Positions 35,269-44,905 of a DNA stretch of 58,914 bases are shown piece after piece. A program made the position numbers and the translations under genes. This stretch comes from a virus (taxonomy: Duplodnaviria; Caudoviricetes), in IMG/VR virus record IMGVR_UViG_3300031565_014856, positions 1 to 58,914 of that record. One strand, 5' to 3'. Under the pieces are notes generated by a model. That model worked only from the letters and a program-made list of their open reading frames with translations, had not been told where the DNA came from and did no database searches. Position 1 is the stretch's first letter. Each line of letters begins with the position of its first letter.

Positions 35269-35628
35269 TTAAGAGTTCGTTAAAATATTATTCATCTCCG
35301 TTTTATAAAGATGTTTTCGAACTTTGTTCTCAGGAATTTCCCGCTTTTTTCGAAGTGAATATCTCTTATTTAATTCATCAAAACGGGGCGTTAATGTCCA
35401 GTATCCTCGTTCAAAGTCCTTGCGATCTTTAAACAAACTCTTAATGTTATTTGTGGAGCGTTGTTGATATATGAACATCCCGATGAAAATAAATCCAAGA
35501 AAAAGTGCTTCCTTGGCCGCTACAATAAAATAAGCAGTACCAAGGAGCAGGGGTGCTACGTGAGCAAATACTTGAAAACACCACAATATGTAAAATGTTA
35601 CCCGACCTCCCATGATTTTTCCATCCAA
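35269..35628 (-). CDS. hypothetical membrane protein
   Basis: two TM helices. Confidence 0.55.
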   Translation of the reverse strand: MDGKIMGGRVTFYILWCFQVFAHVAPLLLGTAYFIVAAKEALFLGFIFIGMFIYQQRSTNNIKSLFKDRKDFERGYWTLTPRFDELNKRYSLRKKREIPENKVRKHLYKTEMNNILTNS

Positions 35629-35831
35629 GGATCCTCTTCCTTGTGTTCGTTATCGATTCGTTCTTTCATATATCCTATGTACTCTCGTACAGTTGCTTTT
35701 TCATCCGTGAAATCACCTTCGCATAGATATCCGTCTGACTCCCTTGTTATGGTAAAATACAGGAATTCATCACCGCCCATTGACATTTCACGCTTTACTT
35801 CTATTTCGTATCCCTTATAATGTGAGATCAT
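35598..35831 (-). CDS. hypothetical protein
   Basis: tiled ORF. Confidence 0.55.
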   Translation of the reverse strand: MISHYKGYEIEVKREMSMGGDEFLYFTITRESDGYLCEGDFTDEKATVREYIGYMKERIDNEHKEEDPWMEKSWEVG

Positions 35832-36775
35832 CGTAAAATATGTTGAATTTTAAAAACACACGCTAATAACGTAATTAGAGGATCTATGACAAATTGTTTT
35901 TGGTATTGATACTCAGCAACAGCAATAATAACTTCTGGTATTTTGTCAATTTTTCCTGGAGAAGCATTTTTTAAATATTCTACAAAATCTTTTCCAAGTG
36001 CTGCTAGGGCATCATCAATCTTTGCTCCATATTGAGCAGAAATGAATTTATAATTAGTAATTGGATCTGGTTTCAATAAACAAACATCGTATAATTCCTT
36101 AAAATCATAATTGATGTTGAAATTCTTTGGATCAAGTTTTTTAACTCCTCTTCGATAAAATGCCTGAACTTTTTGTATAAGGGTTCTCATGTCTGGATAA
36201 TCATTCCTTACAAACTTAACAAGCAATTCATCTGTATACTCTACCTTAATGGCATCCAATATTTTAGCTATTCGTTTTGCATATTCTCCAACAAGAAATT
36301 CCTCTTCTTCAATATCCACAGAATCATATGAAATCATGTGAAATCTTGACTGCATTGGTTCAGGAACTTTGTGTATGAAATTACACGTTGCTACAAAGCG
36401 AGTGGTTGAGCTGAAACGCTCCATGACTGATCTAAGGGCCTTAAAGAATTCATCTGATGCTCCATCTATTTCATCTAACATTACTACCTTAATGTTCTCA
36501 GAACCACCTTCTAATGACATCGTTGAACAGAAGTGTGTAATTGTTTCGCGAATCGTATCTATTCTACCTTCTGATGATGCGTTGATATATTTGTGTGGGT
36601 GATTTTCTGCAAGGAAAAACATTGTTGAAGTTTTTCCTGTGCCGGCCGAACCATACAACAAAAGATTGTCATTAATTCCTTTTGACAATTCTTCTTTAAT
36701 TCTCGGCGGCGCAATGAGTTGCGCTAGATTTTTTGGTCTGAACTTCTCTGTAAACAATTCATTTACAACACTCAT
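35828..36775 (-). CDS. clamp-loader AAA+ subunit (RFC / T4 gp44-like)
   Basis: EKFRPKNL, GSAGTGKT, INAS, LDEIDG, ALR, QSR. Confidence 0.9.
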   Translation of the reverse strand: MSVVNELFTEKFRPKNLAQLIAPPRIKEELSKGINDNLLLYGSAGTGKTSTMFFLAENHPHKYINASSEGRIDTIRETITHFCSTMSLEGGSENIKVVMLDEIDGASDEFFKALRSVMERFSSTTRFVATCNFIHKVPEPMQSRFHMISYDSVDIEEEEFLVGEYAKRIAKILDAIKVEYTDELLVKFVRNDYPDMRTLIQKVQAFYRRGVKKLDPKNFNINYDFKELYDVCLLKPDPITNYKFISAQYGAKIDDALAALGKDFVEYLKNASPGKIDKIPEVIIAVAEYQYQKQFVIDPLITLLACVFKIQHILR

Positions 36776-36813
36776 ATGTTTTTATTGTAATATGTAAAAA
36801 ATATGTAAAGGTT

Positions 36814-37050
36814 TTATCCTTTTCGTTCTTTGATCTTCTTTATGAGAGCTCTTAATGGATTGATGATCCAAGCAAAAACGATACCAACCACTATAAATAG
36901 TGACAATGGTGCCCATGGAATGATTGCTGCGTAATACATCCACTCTGCACCAATAAATTTGTACAAAAAGCCAAATATTACGGATAGCGCCAATAAAACG
37001 CCAATCCAAAACCAAGGTCTTTTGATCCTTTCTTTTAAGTTAAGCTTCAT
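36814..37050 (-). CDS. small membrane protein
   Basis: two TM helices. Confidence 0.55.
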   Translation of the reverse strand: MKLNLKERIKRPWFWIGVLLALSVIFGFLYKFIGAEWMYYAAIIPWAPLSLFIVVGIVFAWIINPLRALIKKIKERKG

Positions 37051-37421
37051 TCGAACATTACGATTAATTTATTATCATCTGTAATCAGACGGTGCCCCTT
37101 CCAATTATTTCCGATAGCATTCTTAACGTCTCTTACGAAATTAGGAGACTTTTCGATAAATGTAAATTCAATGGCGGGTCCGTTCCATTTTACAGATTCT
37201 ACGTTTTCATCGGGACCACTATACACAGTAAAACGAGTAACGATATTAACGGGTTTATCTGCCAACCCGTTTGCTTCATTAGCAAGGCGTTCTTCAAGAT
37301 CTTGATAATTATTTCTCCACCAACTTAAGTTGTTGTCTAACACTACGATAGCTGATTCTATAAATGGAAAGGTATCTTTAATAGAGTTGGTAAATGTTGT
37401 GGCACCTATAAGTTTTTTCAT
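37047..37421 (-). CDS. hypothetical protein
   Basis: tiled ORF. Confidence 0.55.
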   Translation of the reverse strand: MKKLIGATTFTNSIKDTFPFIESAIVVLDNNLSWWRNNYQDLEERLANEANGLADKPVNIVTRFTVYSGPDENVESVKWNGPAIEFTFIEKSPNFVRDVKNAIGNNWKGHRLITDDNKLIVMFE

Positions 37422-37437
37422 TACTCTTTTATTTTAT

Positions 37438-38007
37438 TTATCTCTTCGCCCAGGGCAACCGTGTAATAAAATCATAATAGGATCGAATTATTTGATCGTG
37501 ACCCCACGCCCAATCGTAATGATGCAAATCTTCAATGTGTACCCATTTCATTTTTCCTACTTCTCCTTCAATCTCGTTATTATCAGCGTGTAATACAGGA
37601 AACCACCTTTGTTTAGTGTATAAACCATATCTCAGTGATACATTTTGTTTATTGTTATCGGTGGGATTTGTTTGAACGTGCCATGGTTGATCGATGTTAA
37701 CGCTATAAACCTGAATAGCGTCCTCAATCATATTGGATATATTGATGCCAACTTCTTCCCAGGTTTCCCGTATGAGCGCATCTGTACCTGATTCATCATA
37801 ATCAAGATATCCAGCGACGTTATTCCATAATCCGATATTATCTGCCGCATTTTTACCTCGTTCAGAAACAAGTGCGTATGGTCCTGGACTATCAAAATCT
37901 ATAACATCTATAAGTATTACACCATTGACAGCAACGCTTCTGCTTTCCCAGATTATTCTTCCGTCTTTAACTTTGTGCCATTTATTTGGCGTATTATTGA
38001 ATGTCAT
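37438..38007 (-). CDS. NUDIX hydrolase
   Basis: GYLDYDESGTDALIRETWEEVGI Nudix box. Confidence 0.85.
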   Translation of the reverse strand: MTFNNTPNKWHKVKDGRIIWESRSVAVNGVILIDVIDFDSPGPYALVSERGKNAADNIGLWNNVAGYLDYDESGTDALIRETWEEVGINISNMIEDAIQVYSVNIDQPWHVQTNPTDNNKQNVSLRYGLYTKQRWFPVLHADNNEIEGEVGKMKWVHIEDLHHYDWAWGHDQIIRSYYDFITRLPWAKR

Positions 38008-39302
38008 ACGTCTCTCCCTTCATTATAAATTGCTTTTACTGTTGGAAACCTTAAACTTATTTCTCCGTGTTGATTTACGGTTTCTTCAAAATATTGAACC
38101 GTTATTTCCTTGCCCACAATTCTGTCAGGGTATTTGTAGAAATACTGGCGTTGTTCAATTGAAAATCCAGATCCAACCGAAACTGGGTATCCTTTATGTT
38201 CTATCCAGACACTCCTGACCATATCCTCGGTGACCTCCAGGCCGTCAACTATGATCCTAAATGGACCAATATCAATGTCCTGTACAATGTACTCGGCGTC
38301 AAAAAACTGCTTACATTTAAGAAGATTGTTTGATCTCTTTCCCTCATATGGAGCGTCCTTACGTATCATAATTCCTTCCCATCCATTCTTTTGGGCCATT
38401 GTATTTAGTTCGGTCAAGTGTTCACCTGACTCAACTTTCCATTGTTCAACGTGGCTAAGAACATCTCCATAATAATTATCCATCATAAACCTGATAAACT
38501 TTTGTCTTTCTGATGAAATTTGAGAGCTGTACTTCTTTTGAAAATGATCAAGATCTAACAAATCAAATATCTTAAACCGGGGATTTTGAATGGTGTGATC
38601 TTTTTTATTGTATTCCTTTAAGATAGCCTGGAAATCTTCGTCTCCGTTTTCGTTTACTATACATAATTCACCATCAAGCACAGTATCTATTAAATTTAAA
38701 GGTAACAATGCTTCTTTTACTTTATCAAGTGTAAGAAATTCATTACCGTTTCGAGAGTATGCTTTGATGCTTCCGTCGTGATCGATAATTACAATACATC
38801 GAACTCCATCAAGTTTCCTACTAGCATACCAAGTATCCTTTTTAAAATCCACCTTCTTCACCATCTTCTCATCATACTTATTTGCCAACGCGACATCAAA
38901 TGTAGGAATAAGATCAGGGAAAACTTTGTTTATGATTTTCTCAGACACCCTCGTTTTAAGGTTACGATCAAATATATTAAGAATGATTTCTTTATATTCA
39001 ATATTATCTCTGATAAATGCATTGACATCGGCAATAGCTTCGTGCCCCGTTATTCTTCTATTTCCAAGATCGTCCAATAAATCTAGAATATCTTCATGAG
39101 ATTGACGTGATACCAAATCAGATCTTTTGATTATATTCTTTGGGGTTACATAATATTGTACGAATGGGTTATGAGTAGCTTTCAAAATGGCCTTTATGAA
39201 TTCTGTATCATATTCAGGCTTTGAAAGTGTAGCAGTTTTTTCGAGTGTTGAATTCGAAACATTGAGCTCATCAATGAGCTGTTTGAGAAGATTAAATTCC
39301 AT
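38004..39302 (-). CDS. ATP-dependent DNA ligase
   Basis: KLDGVR, LDGE, EGIMIR, LLKCK, VGSGFS, SLRFP. Confidence 0.93.
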   Translation of the reverse strand: MEFNLLKQLIDELNVSNSTLEKTATLSKPEYDTEFIKAILKATHNPFVQYYVTPKNIIKRSDLVSRQSHEDILDLLDDLGNRRITGHEAIADVNAFIRDNIEYKEIILNIFDRNLKTRVSEKIINKVFPDLIPTFDVALANKYDEKMVKKVDFKKDTWYASRKLDGVRCIVIIDHDGSIKAYSRNGNEFLTLDKVKEALLPLNLIDTVLDGELCIVNENGDEDFQAILKEYNKKDHTIQNPRFKIFDLLDLDHFQKKYSSQISSERQKFIRFMMDNYYGDVLSHVEQWKVESGEHLTELNTMAQKNGWEGIMIRKDAPYEGKRSNNLLKCKQFFDAEYIVQDIDIGPFRIIVDGLEVTEDMVRSVWIEHKGYPVSVGSGFSIEQRQYFYKYPDRIVGKEITVQYFEETVNQHGEISLRFPTVKAIYNEGRDV

Positions 39303-40398
39303 ATCTTTGTTTTCTTATTTTTAGTAACAGATCATCTAAAAGTTCTTGATCTATGTCTTTTGGTAAATCACATTCATCATAAACCTTATCGAGTTCTTCG
39401 ATCATCGCCTCTGCTTCTTTAACGAGTTTGTCATATTCATATTCTCCTCGTCTTATCTCCATAAGAATTTTTATTTCTTCATCGGGTCTGCGAACGTTGA
39501 TAAATTTGATCTTTGGGATTTCCAATGCAACATTCAAAAGACGAAATGTATGCATCATATTTTTGGAATCGTAATTTTTTCCGTGAGACTTATTCATCTT
39601 AACACGATCAGGGTTTCTTTCTTTCAGCCACGTTTGATATTCCTTATATCTTTTGCAATGTGTTGAGTACGCGTCCTTATTAAATATAAGGTATCCAATA
39701 ACCATTAATCCTTTGGGAATGGAAGTTAACTGTACATCATTTGCTGTAACAGGATCAGAAACTATGCCGCTTCCTTCGTGTCTACGGTGAAGTTGATACA
39801 TTGCATAAACATCATGTGCGTGGTCAACTTTTGCTAAACCAAAATCTCTTTGATCTATAGTATCTAACGTTCCAGATTGGTAGTACCTGTTAAAGTATTC
39901 ATTAAGAGTGATTGAACCTCCTTCTTGAAGAACATAACAGAAGTCCAATACATTCTTACGAGTCATCTGTGATTCTTCCCAGTTCATCTTCTTGTTATAC
40001 CCTTTGGCCTTTTTGATTTGATCGATAGCATATCCAGCAAAGGAGTAACGACACGTTTTCGTTAGAAATTTTGATGCGTGATAAGAAATGGATCCCCATT
40101 CTGTAGAATCGTGTTGAACACAATCTTCCGGGGCAAAAAGCAGTTCAAGAACTGTTGGGTTGTTTGTGCGAACAAGAGCAAGAAATCTACTAAGTTCGTA
40201 GTAGACGATATCATTTAAGTCGTCTGCAACCTGCTCAACATACCCATGTTTGAGTATGTCTTCCAACGGTTGCACAAAAACTCCTCGCAAATCTGTGTCG
40301 GATGTCGGTAACGATGTCCCATATGCATGGGATCCCATTATTGCTTCGAAGATAATTAAATCTTCGTCTTTTAAATATTGTATCGTGTAGTTTTTCAT
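39292..40398 (-). CDS. Pol-beta superfamily nucleotidyltransferase
   Basis: GSHAYGTSLPTSDTDLRG, NPTVLELL, YDSKNMMHTFRL. Confidence 0.8.
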   Translation of the reverse strand: MKNYTIQYLKDEDLIIFEAIMGSHAYGTSLPTSDTDLRGVFVQPLEDILKHGYVEQVADDLNDIVYYELSRFLALVRTNNPTVLELLFAPEDCVQHDSTEWGSISYHASKFLTKTCRYSFAGYAIDQIKKAKGYNKKMNWEESQMTRKNVLDFCYVLQEGGSITLNEYFNRYYQSGTLDTIDQRDFGLAKVDHAHDVYAMYQLHRRHEGSGIVSDPVTANDVQLTSIPKGLMVIGYLIFNKDAYSTHCKRYKEYQTWLKERNPDRVKMNKSHGKNYDSKNMMHTFRLLNVALEIPKIKFINVRRPDEEIKILMEIRRGEYEYDKLVKEAEAMIEELDKVYDECDLPKDIDQELLDDLLLKIRKQRYGI

Positions 40399-40449
40399 TT
40401 TAACTTTTCATTTTATCCATAGCGGGCCCATCATTTATTCATTGTGTTA

Positions 40450-40827
40450 TTACCAGCTCCAGTCGTAATGATGATGCCATTTAACGAATGGAAATATTAT
40501 CATAAAAAGACAACCACCTAACATAACAGCGGCTTGTACAATATTTAAGAATTTTCCTTTAAAACCCTCAAAACCCTCAATCAACCATGGAAAACCACCG
40601 TCTGACATTTCCCATATTATGGAAATTCCTGAAGCCAACCCAATTATCAAGAGGGGTATGGTCCATACGAGTAACCAATGTTCCCATCTTATAGTTAAGT
40701 GTATTTTTGGTTTTTCACAATAATTTACCAACTTATGGAAAGTTTCAATTGCTTCATATCCTATATTAAGACGATCTCTGAATTCTTTGAGTATTTCGTC
40801 TCTAGATTTTCCAACTAAGATTTTCAT
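40450..40827 (-). CDS. hypothetical membrane protein
   Basis: two TM helices. Confidence 0.55.
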   Translation of the reverse strand: MKILVGKSRDEILKEFRDRLNIGYEAIETFHKLVNYCEKPKIHLTIRWEHWLLVWTIPLLIIGLASGISIIWEMSDGGFPWLIEGFEGFKGKFLNIVQAAVMLGGCLFMIIFPFVKWHHHYDWSW

Positions 40828-41144
40828 ATCTTCTTAATTTCGGCCTTTAATTTTTCACAAACGGTTTTTTGTCCACGAACAAAGTTCTTTACCATAACTT
40901 CGTCTTTACCAAGTTGTTCGAGTTCAATATCCATATCTTTGTCGATTTCGTCTATCATTTCTGTAAATGATTCAACAGCCTCATCAACACTCTTTGCATT
41001 CTTTGCTGTAAGAGTACGATTCAAATCCAACTTTGTGATTATTGCGTCTGCAAAATCTTGTGGGCTAAAATTTGAAGATGGATCAATCTTTCCGGCAAGT
41101 GATGCCTGAATTAAATTAATTAATATGGTTTTTTCGTCTTTCAT
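40824..41144 (-). CDS. hypothetical protein
   Basis: tiled ORF. Confidence 0.55.
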   Translation of the reverse strand: MKDEKTILINLIQASLAGKIDPSSNFSPQDFADAIITKLDLNRTLTAKNAKSVDEAVESFTEMIDEIDKDMDIELEQLGKDEVMVKNFVRGQKTVCEKLKAEIKKI

Positions 41145-41527
41145 TAGTCGTCTGCGTTAGTGTATGATTGAGCTACTTTTACTATTGACCAAACTATGGC
41201 TGCGGTTGGAACCGCAAACCATAAAATTACCCAAAAAATATTTATGAATGAAAGCATGCTTGGTGTTCCAGGTTCTATCGGAAACCAAAAGAACTTTTCG
41301 GTAAGGGCAACACCGGCCTGAATCATCCATGATAAACAAAAAACCCAGACAAAAACAGCTAAAGCCCATATCCTTGTTCTTTGTGGACGAGTGTATCCTC
41401 TTGCGAATCGTTTTAGGTCGCGTTTATATTGATGATTACCTTCATGCCCTTCTAAACGATGAATGGTCATAAAATCATCTATCATTTGTGATCTCGTCTT
41501 TGGTTTTAAAATGCTTCTGAAACTCAT
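41144..41527 (-). CDS. hypothetical membrane protein
   Basis: two TM helices; downstream of promoter motif. Confidence 0.55.
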   Translation of the reverse strand: MSFRSILKPKTRSQMIDDFMTIHRLEGHEGNHQYKRDLKRFARGYTRPQRTRIWALAVFVWVFCLSWMIQAGVALTEKFFWFPIEPGTPSMLSFINIFWVILWFAVPTAAIVWSIVKVAQSYTNADD

Positions 41528-41576
41528 GTTGTGTTTATTTGATTGCTAATATAATAAAAATACCCGAGAAATAAAA

Positions 41577-42407
41577 TTATTCTGTTAAAAATTTAAACCC
41601 ACCAGAGGCCATTAATGCTTCTATCTTATTTCCGTCTAAATCTTTAAGAAATGCTGAAAGGTCCTCATTGACCCTTTGAAACGTATCTTTTATTTGCTGG
41701 CAAAAGGCTTCACGTTCTTCAGTCCATTCTACTATGGAGAATTCATTCTCGAATGACTCGACGCTCTGGTTGTGATTGGGTAGCGGAAGGAATAAATCAT
41801 CTCTCTCCTTAAAATGGCTGTTATGGTGTTGAATGGATGCTCCTGGGGATGCATATCCAATTTTTGTAATGTACCTTTTCTTTGGACCTTTTGTTTTTTC
41901 CATTATTCCTGAAAATGCCGTAGTCATTACTTCATATCCAATAAAATAATTAAACAATTGTTTAATAACCTCTCCTTTATATGCGCCATTTAGATTATTT
42001 CCCCAATGATTACGATCATGCTCAAACTTTATGAAGATCATTTTTTTCAGTGTGGCATTCTCAATGCTATGTTTTTCATTTATTTTAGAGGTGAGTTCAT
42101 GGAAATAATCCTGAAGCGTGCTTATTAGTTTGGCTGTTTGTGTCTTTTTGAATTTATAGGTGATTTCTCTATCTGCAAAACAACCACTTACTTTCTTGTT
42201 ATTCACATCGTATGATGTCTTGAATTCCGGCTCTGTGTCTGCAAGTTCTTTAAACATAAAATCTGGAATTGTCACTTTAAACTCAAGGTTTCCACGAAGC
42301 ATACTATCTTCAGGAATTGTTGAATTAACAGGCAGCTCTACCCACTCCCATTTTTTGAGATCTTTTGTAGGTATACAAAATTCCGCTTTAAATTTTTGAT
42401 ATTTCAT
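41577..42407 (-). CDS. hypothetical protein
   Basis: 276-aa ORF. Confidence 0.65.
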   Translation of the reverse strand: MKYQKFKAEFCIPTKDLKKWEWVELPVNSTIPEDSMLRGNLEFKVTIPDFMFKELADTEPEFKTSYDVNNKKVSGCFADREITYKFKKTQTAKLISTLQDYFHELTSKINEKHSIENATLKKMIFIKFEHDRNHWGNNLNGAYKGEVIKQLFNYFIGYEVMTTAFSGIMEKTKGPKKRYITKIGYASPGASIQHHNSHFKERDDLFLPLPNHNQSVESFENEFSIVEWTEEREAFCQQIKDTFQRVNEDLSAFLKDLDGNKIEALMASGGFKFLTE

Positions 42408-43213
42408 TATGATTTTTCTAAAAATTCTTTTTCTTCTTTCGACAATGAATTCATTCCGCTTTTGGAAATTTTATCCAATATTCTATCCATATTCATTGAT
42501 GAATTTGACTGTACAGATACCTTTTGTCGGGGCTTGCGGTATGTTGTTTTTTCTGCGGCACAACGAGATTCCTTTCCCAATCCGATAGATGCAAACCATT
42601 TATCAAGCCACCCAAGAATGTTATGTCCTTTTCTTCTATATGAATATCCATACCATGCTCCAAATAGGGCCCCTCCGAGGTGTCCAATCGTTCCAACAAT
42701 ATTGCCGCTAAAGTCTATTACAATTCCAAACAACACGAAGACCAAAGCCACCCATTTTAGTTTAACTCTTCCTATTAAAAACAGGTTCAATTGAAAATTT
42801 GGATTATAAATTGCGGTGGCAACCATTACTGCAAAAACTGAACAACTTGCTCCAAGTGCGTATCCATTAAATGGTGTTAAACGACCTACCAACAATATTA
42901 ATGCGATACCAGTAATTCCACCAACTACGTAAAGGCTCAATACAGATTGTCTTTTGAAAAAGTGTTGTGCAAGCCACCCAAATAACATGAGAATTATCAT
43001 GTTTCCGAATAGGTGTCTGAATCCTTCATGTAAAAAATTGGCAGTGATGAGCGTCCAGAATTTCATTAAGGCTCCTCCTCCTAAAGGAACGGCGAACCAA
43101 TTAACAATGAATGGAGAGCCAACACTTCTCATAATGTTTGCTAACAAGAATATTGCGATGTTGGCAACGATGATCTGAATGTACAGATCTTTGATTGATA
43201 GGTTTCTAAACAT
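42407..43213 (-). CDS. rhomboid intramembrane serine protease
   Basis: FLH...HLFGNM, GAS, HLGGALFG; C-terminal DRILDKISKSG..SLSKEEK. Confidence 0.88.
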   Translation of the reverse strand: MFRNLSIKDLYIQIIVANIAIFLLANIMRSVGSPFIVNWFAVPLGGGALMKFWTLITANFLHEGFRHLFGNMIILMLFGWLAQHFFKRQSVLSLYVVGGITGIALILLVGRLTPFNGYALGASCSVFAVMVATAIYNPNFQLNLFLIGRVKLKWVALVFVLFGIVIDFSGNIVGTIGHLGGALFGAWYGYSYRRKGHNILGWLDKWFASIGLGKESRCAAEKTTYRKPRQKVSVQSNSSMNMDRILDKISKSGMNSLSKEEKEFLEKS

Positions 43214-43230
43214 GATTTATTTCCTTAGGT

Positions 43231-43410
43231 TTATACTTCTCTATTGTAAACAGCCCATAAATTTTGGGCAGATTCTAAGACAGAATATTTTGTGTCGTTA
43301 TAAGCGTCGATAAGTTCGGAATTATCCATAGTCCACTTTACGACATCAGGTACATACTCATCATGTGCTTGAGCAATTTTAATTAGGTGGTGAATAATTT
43401 GTTCGGTCAT
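43231..43410 (-). CDS. small hypothetical protein (not in ORF track)
   Basis: 59-codon ORF filling the gap between neighbours. Confidence 0.45.
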   Translation of the reverse strand: MTEQIIHHLIKIAQAHDEYVPDVVKWTMDNSELIDAYNDTKYSVLESAQNLWAVYNREV

Positions 43411-43421
43411 TATTTCTTAGG

Positions 43422-44222
43422 TTATTTGTTTATGATTACGTTGTCAATAAACTTTTCTCTGTTATGAAACTGGAAGGGCTGCATCTTTGCATCAGTACCA
43501 AAGTCTTCATTATAAAATAAATCTTTAAGCATGAAATTGATAATGACGTCTGGAGTTCCAAACTGTGCAAGGAATTCATACACTTGTTCATTGGTATAGT
43601 CAGAACCAAATTTGTCATGGATGCTTATGTCTTCAAGATTATCTAAGATGAAATAAGGTTCTGCTGGGATTTTAGTTCGTGTCAGATCATAGAAATAACT
43701 GGCGTTTGCATAAGCCAATTGTATCTCAACATCAGTTGTATCTGTGTTGTTGTATAATATTTTTAATGCTACGTTAGCATTGGCGGCGTCTCTCGCCTGA
43801 AAAATATCGATGGTATACATTTCGTTGTCTACCGGCATCTGATCGGTGTCTATTTGTCCAAGGATGGTTATCCGTGATTTGGGGTCGCTCATTGAATATG
43901 GCGATATAGTAAGTGTTCTTCCAACGAATAAAAAATCCGTGTCTTGTGAAATTATTCTCTTCTTCATTCCAGGATTTGTTATGATGATGCTTGTACCCGA
44001 AAAATGAATCGGATTTTCAAATGCATGATCTACGGGGGTGTATGCACATCCAGGAGCTTCAGCTTTACGTGGAGCAGTACCTGTCGCAGCATAATATTCA
44101 GGGCTACCATATTTAATTTCTTGGGCGCACACCGCAAAAGCAGTTAGCCATAATAGTGTTACTGATATCGCAGTTATGATAAGTATCTTGTCCAATCTCG
44201 ATTTGGTTTTAAATGTTTTCAT
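43422..44222 (-). CDS. hypothetical secreted protein
   Basis: signal peptide ending AVCA-Q. Confidence 0.6.
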   Translation of the reverse strand: MKTFKTKSRLDKILIITAISVTLLWLTAFAVCAQEIKYGSPEYYAATGTAPRKAEAPGCAYTPVDHAFENPIHFSGTSIIITNPGMKKRIISQDTDFLFVGRTLTISPYSMSDPKSRITILGQIDTDQMPVDNEMYTIDIFQARDAANANVALKILYNNTDTTDVEIQLAYANASYFYDLTRTKIPAEPYFILDNLEDISIHDKFGSDYTNEQVYEFLAQFGTPDVIINFMLKDLFYNEDFGTDAKMQPFQFHNREKFIDNVIINK

Positions 44223-44224
44223 GA

Positions 44225-44629
44225 CTATTTGTAAATGGGTTTAACTTCAATTTCTACAGAATCAACCGAGGAAGTTAGCGGAAAAGATTTCCAGTTTACG
44301 CTACTCCCAAGATGAACTTTCAATCTATAATCATACTCCAAATATTCAGCGATAGGAAAATCTTTGACGACTCCATAAATTTTCCTGCCCTTTTCGAGCG
44401 TTCCTCCGTTGTCAAGAAACTCGTTAATGGAAACTTTTGTCGTCCTAGATTGAACCCTATTGGAGTGTTTGATTGTAGCTTTGGTGAAACACCTAGCACA
44501 GCAATATCCTAATAAATAAATCGTTGACCATTCTCCACTACTTCTTTTTACTTGTGTACCGTCATGTTCTTTTTGACAATCCGGGTTTTTACATACCCGT
44601 GGTTCTAAAAATGCTCTTTTTTCTTTCAT
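44225..44629 (-). CDS. hypothetical Cys-rich protein
   Basis: CKNPDC...YCCARC. Confidence 0.55.
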   Translation of the reverse strand: MKEKRAFLEPRVCKNPDCQKEHDGTQVKRSSGEWSTIYLLGYCCARCFTKATIKHSNRVQSRTTKVSINEFLDNGGTLEKGRKIYGVVKDFPIAEYLEYDYRLKVHLGSSVNWKSFPLTSSVDSVEIEVKPIYK

Positions 44630-44642
44630 TGTGTGTTTGTTT

Positions 44643-44726
44643 GCGGCTTCGGAGAGATTCGAACTCTCACCCCTTTCGGTTTCCTGGCTCCATCATCAGG
44701 GCTCTCATCCTGCGTGGCTCAGCCGT
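44643..44726 (-). ncRNA. degenerate type II tRNA-like element
   Basis: T arm GAGAG-TTCGAAT-CTCTC, CC-GAAA-GG variable arm, CGGCT/AGCCG ends; anticodon arm irregular. Confidence 0.45.
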
Positions 44727-44813
44727 GTTTCATTTTCTTAAGTAAATATAACCATTTCCTGCGACAGTAGAAAATTTTAAATGTTAAAAAATGTTAAAAA
44801 TTAAGAAAATGTT

Positions 44814-44847
44814 AAAAAAATCCCTTGATCGAATGACCAAGGGATTT
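44814..44847 (-). terminator. intrinsic terminator after SPFH gene
   Basis: AATCCCTTG...CAAGGGATTTTTTT. Confidence 0.65.
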
Positions 44848-44905
44848 GTGGTGGTCTGTACTTTGGGACATCATACAGAACCTATATAGTTCGACAGAAC
44901 CTTTA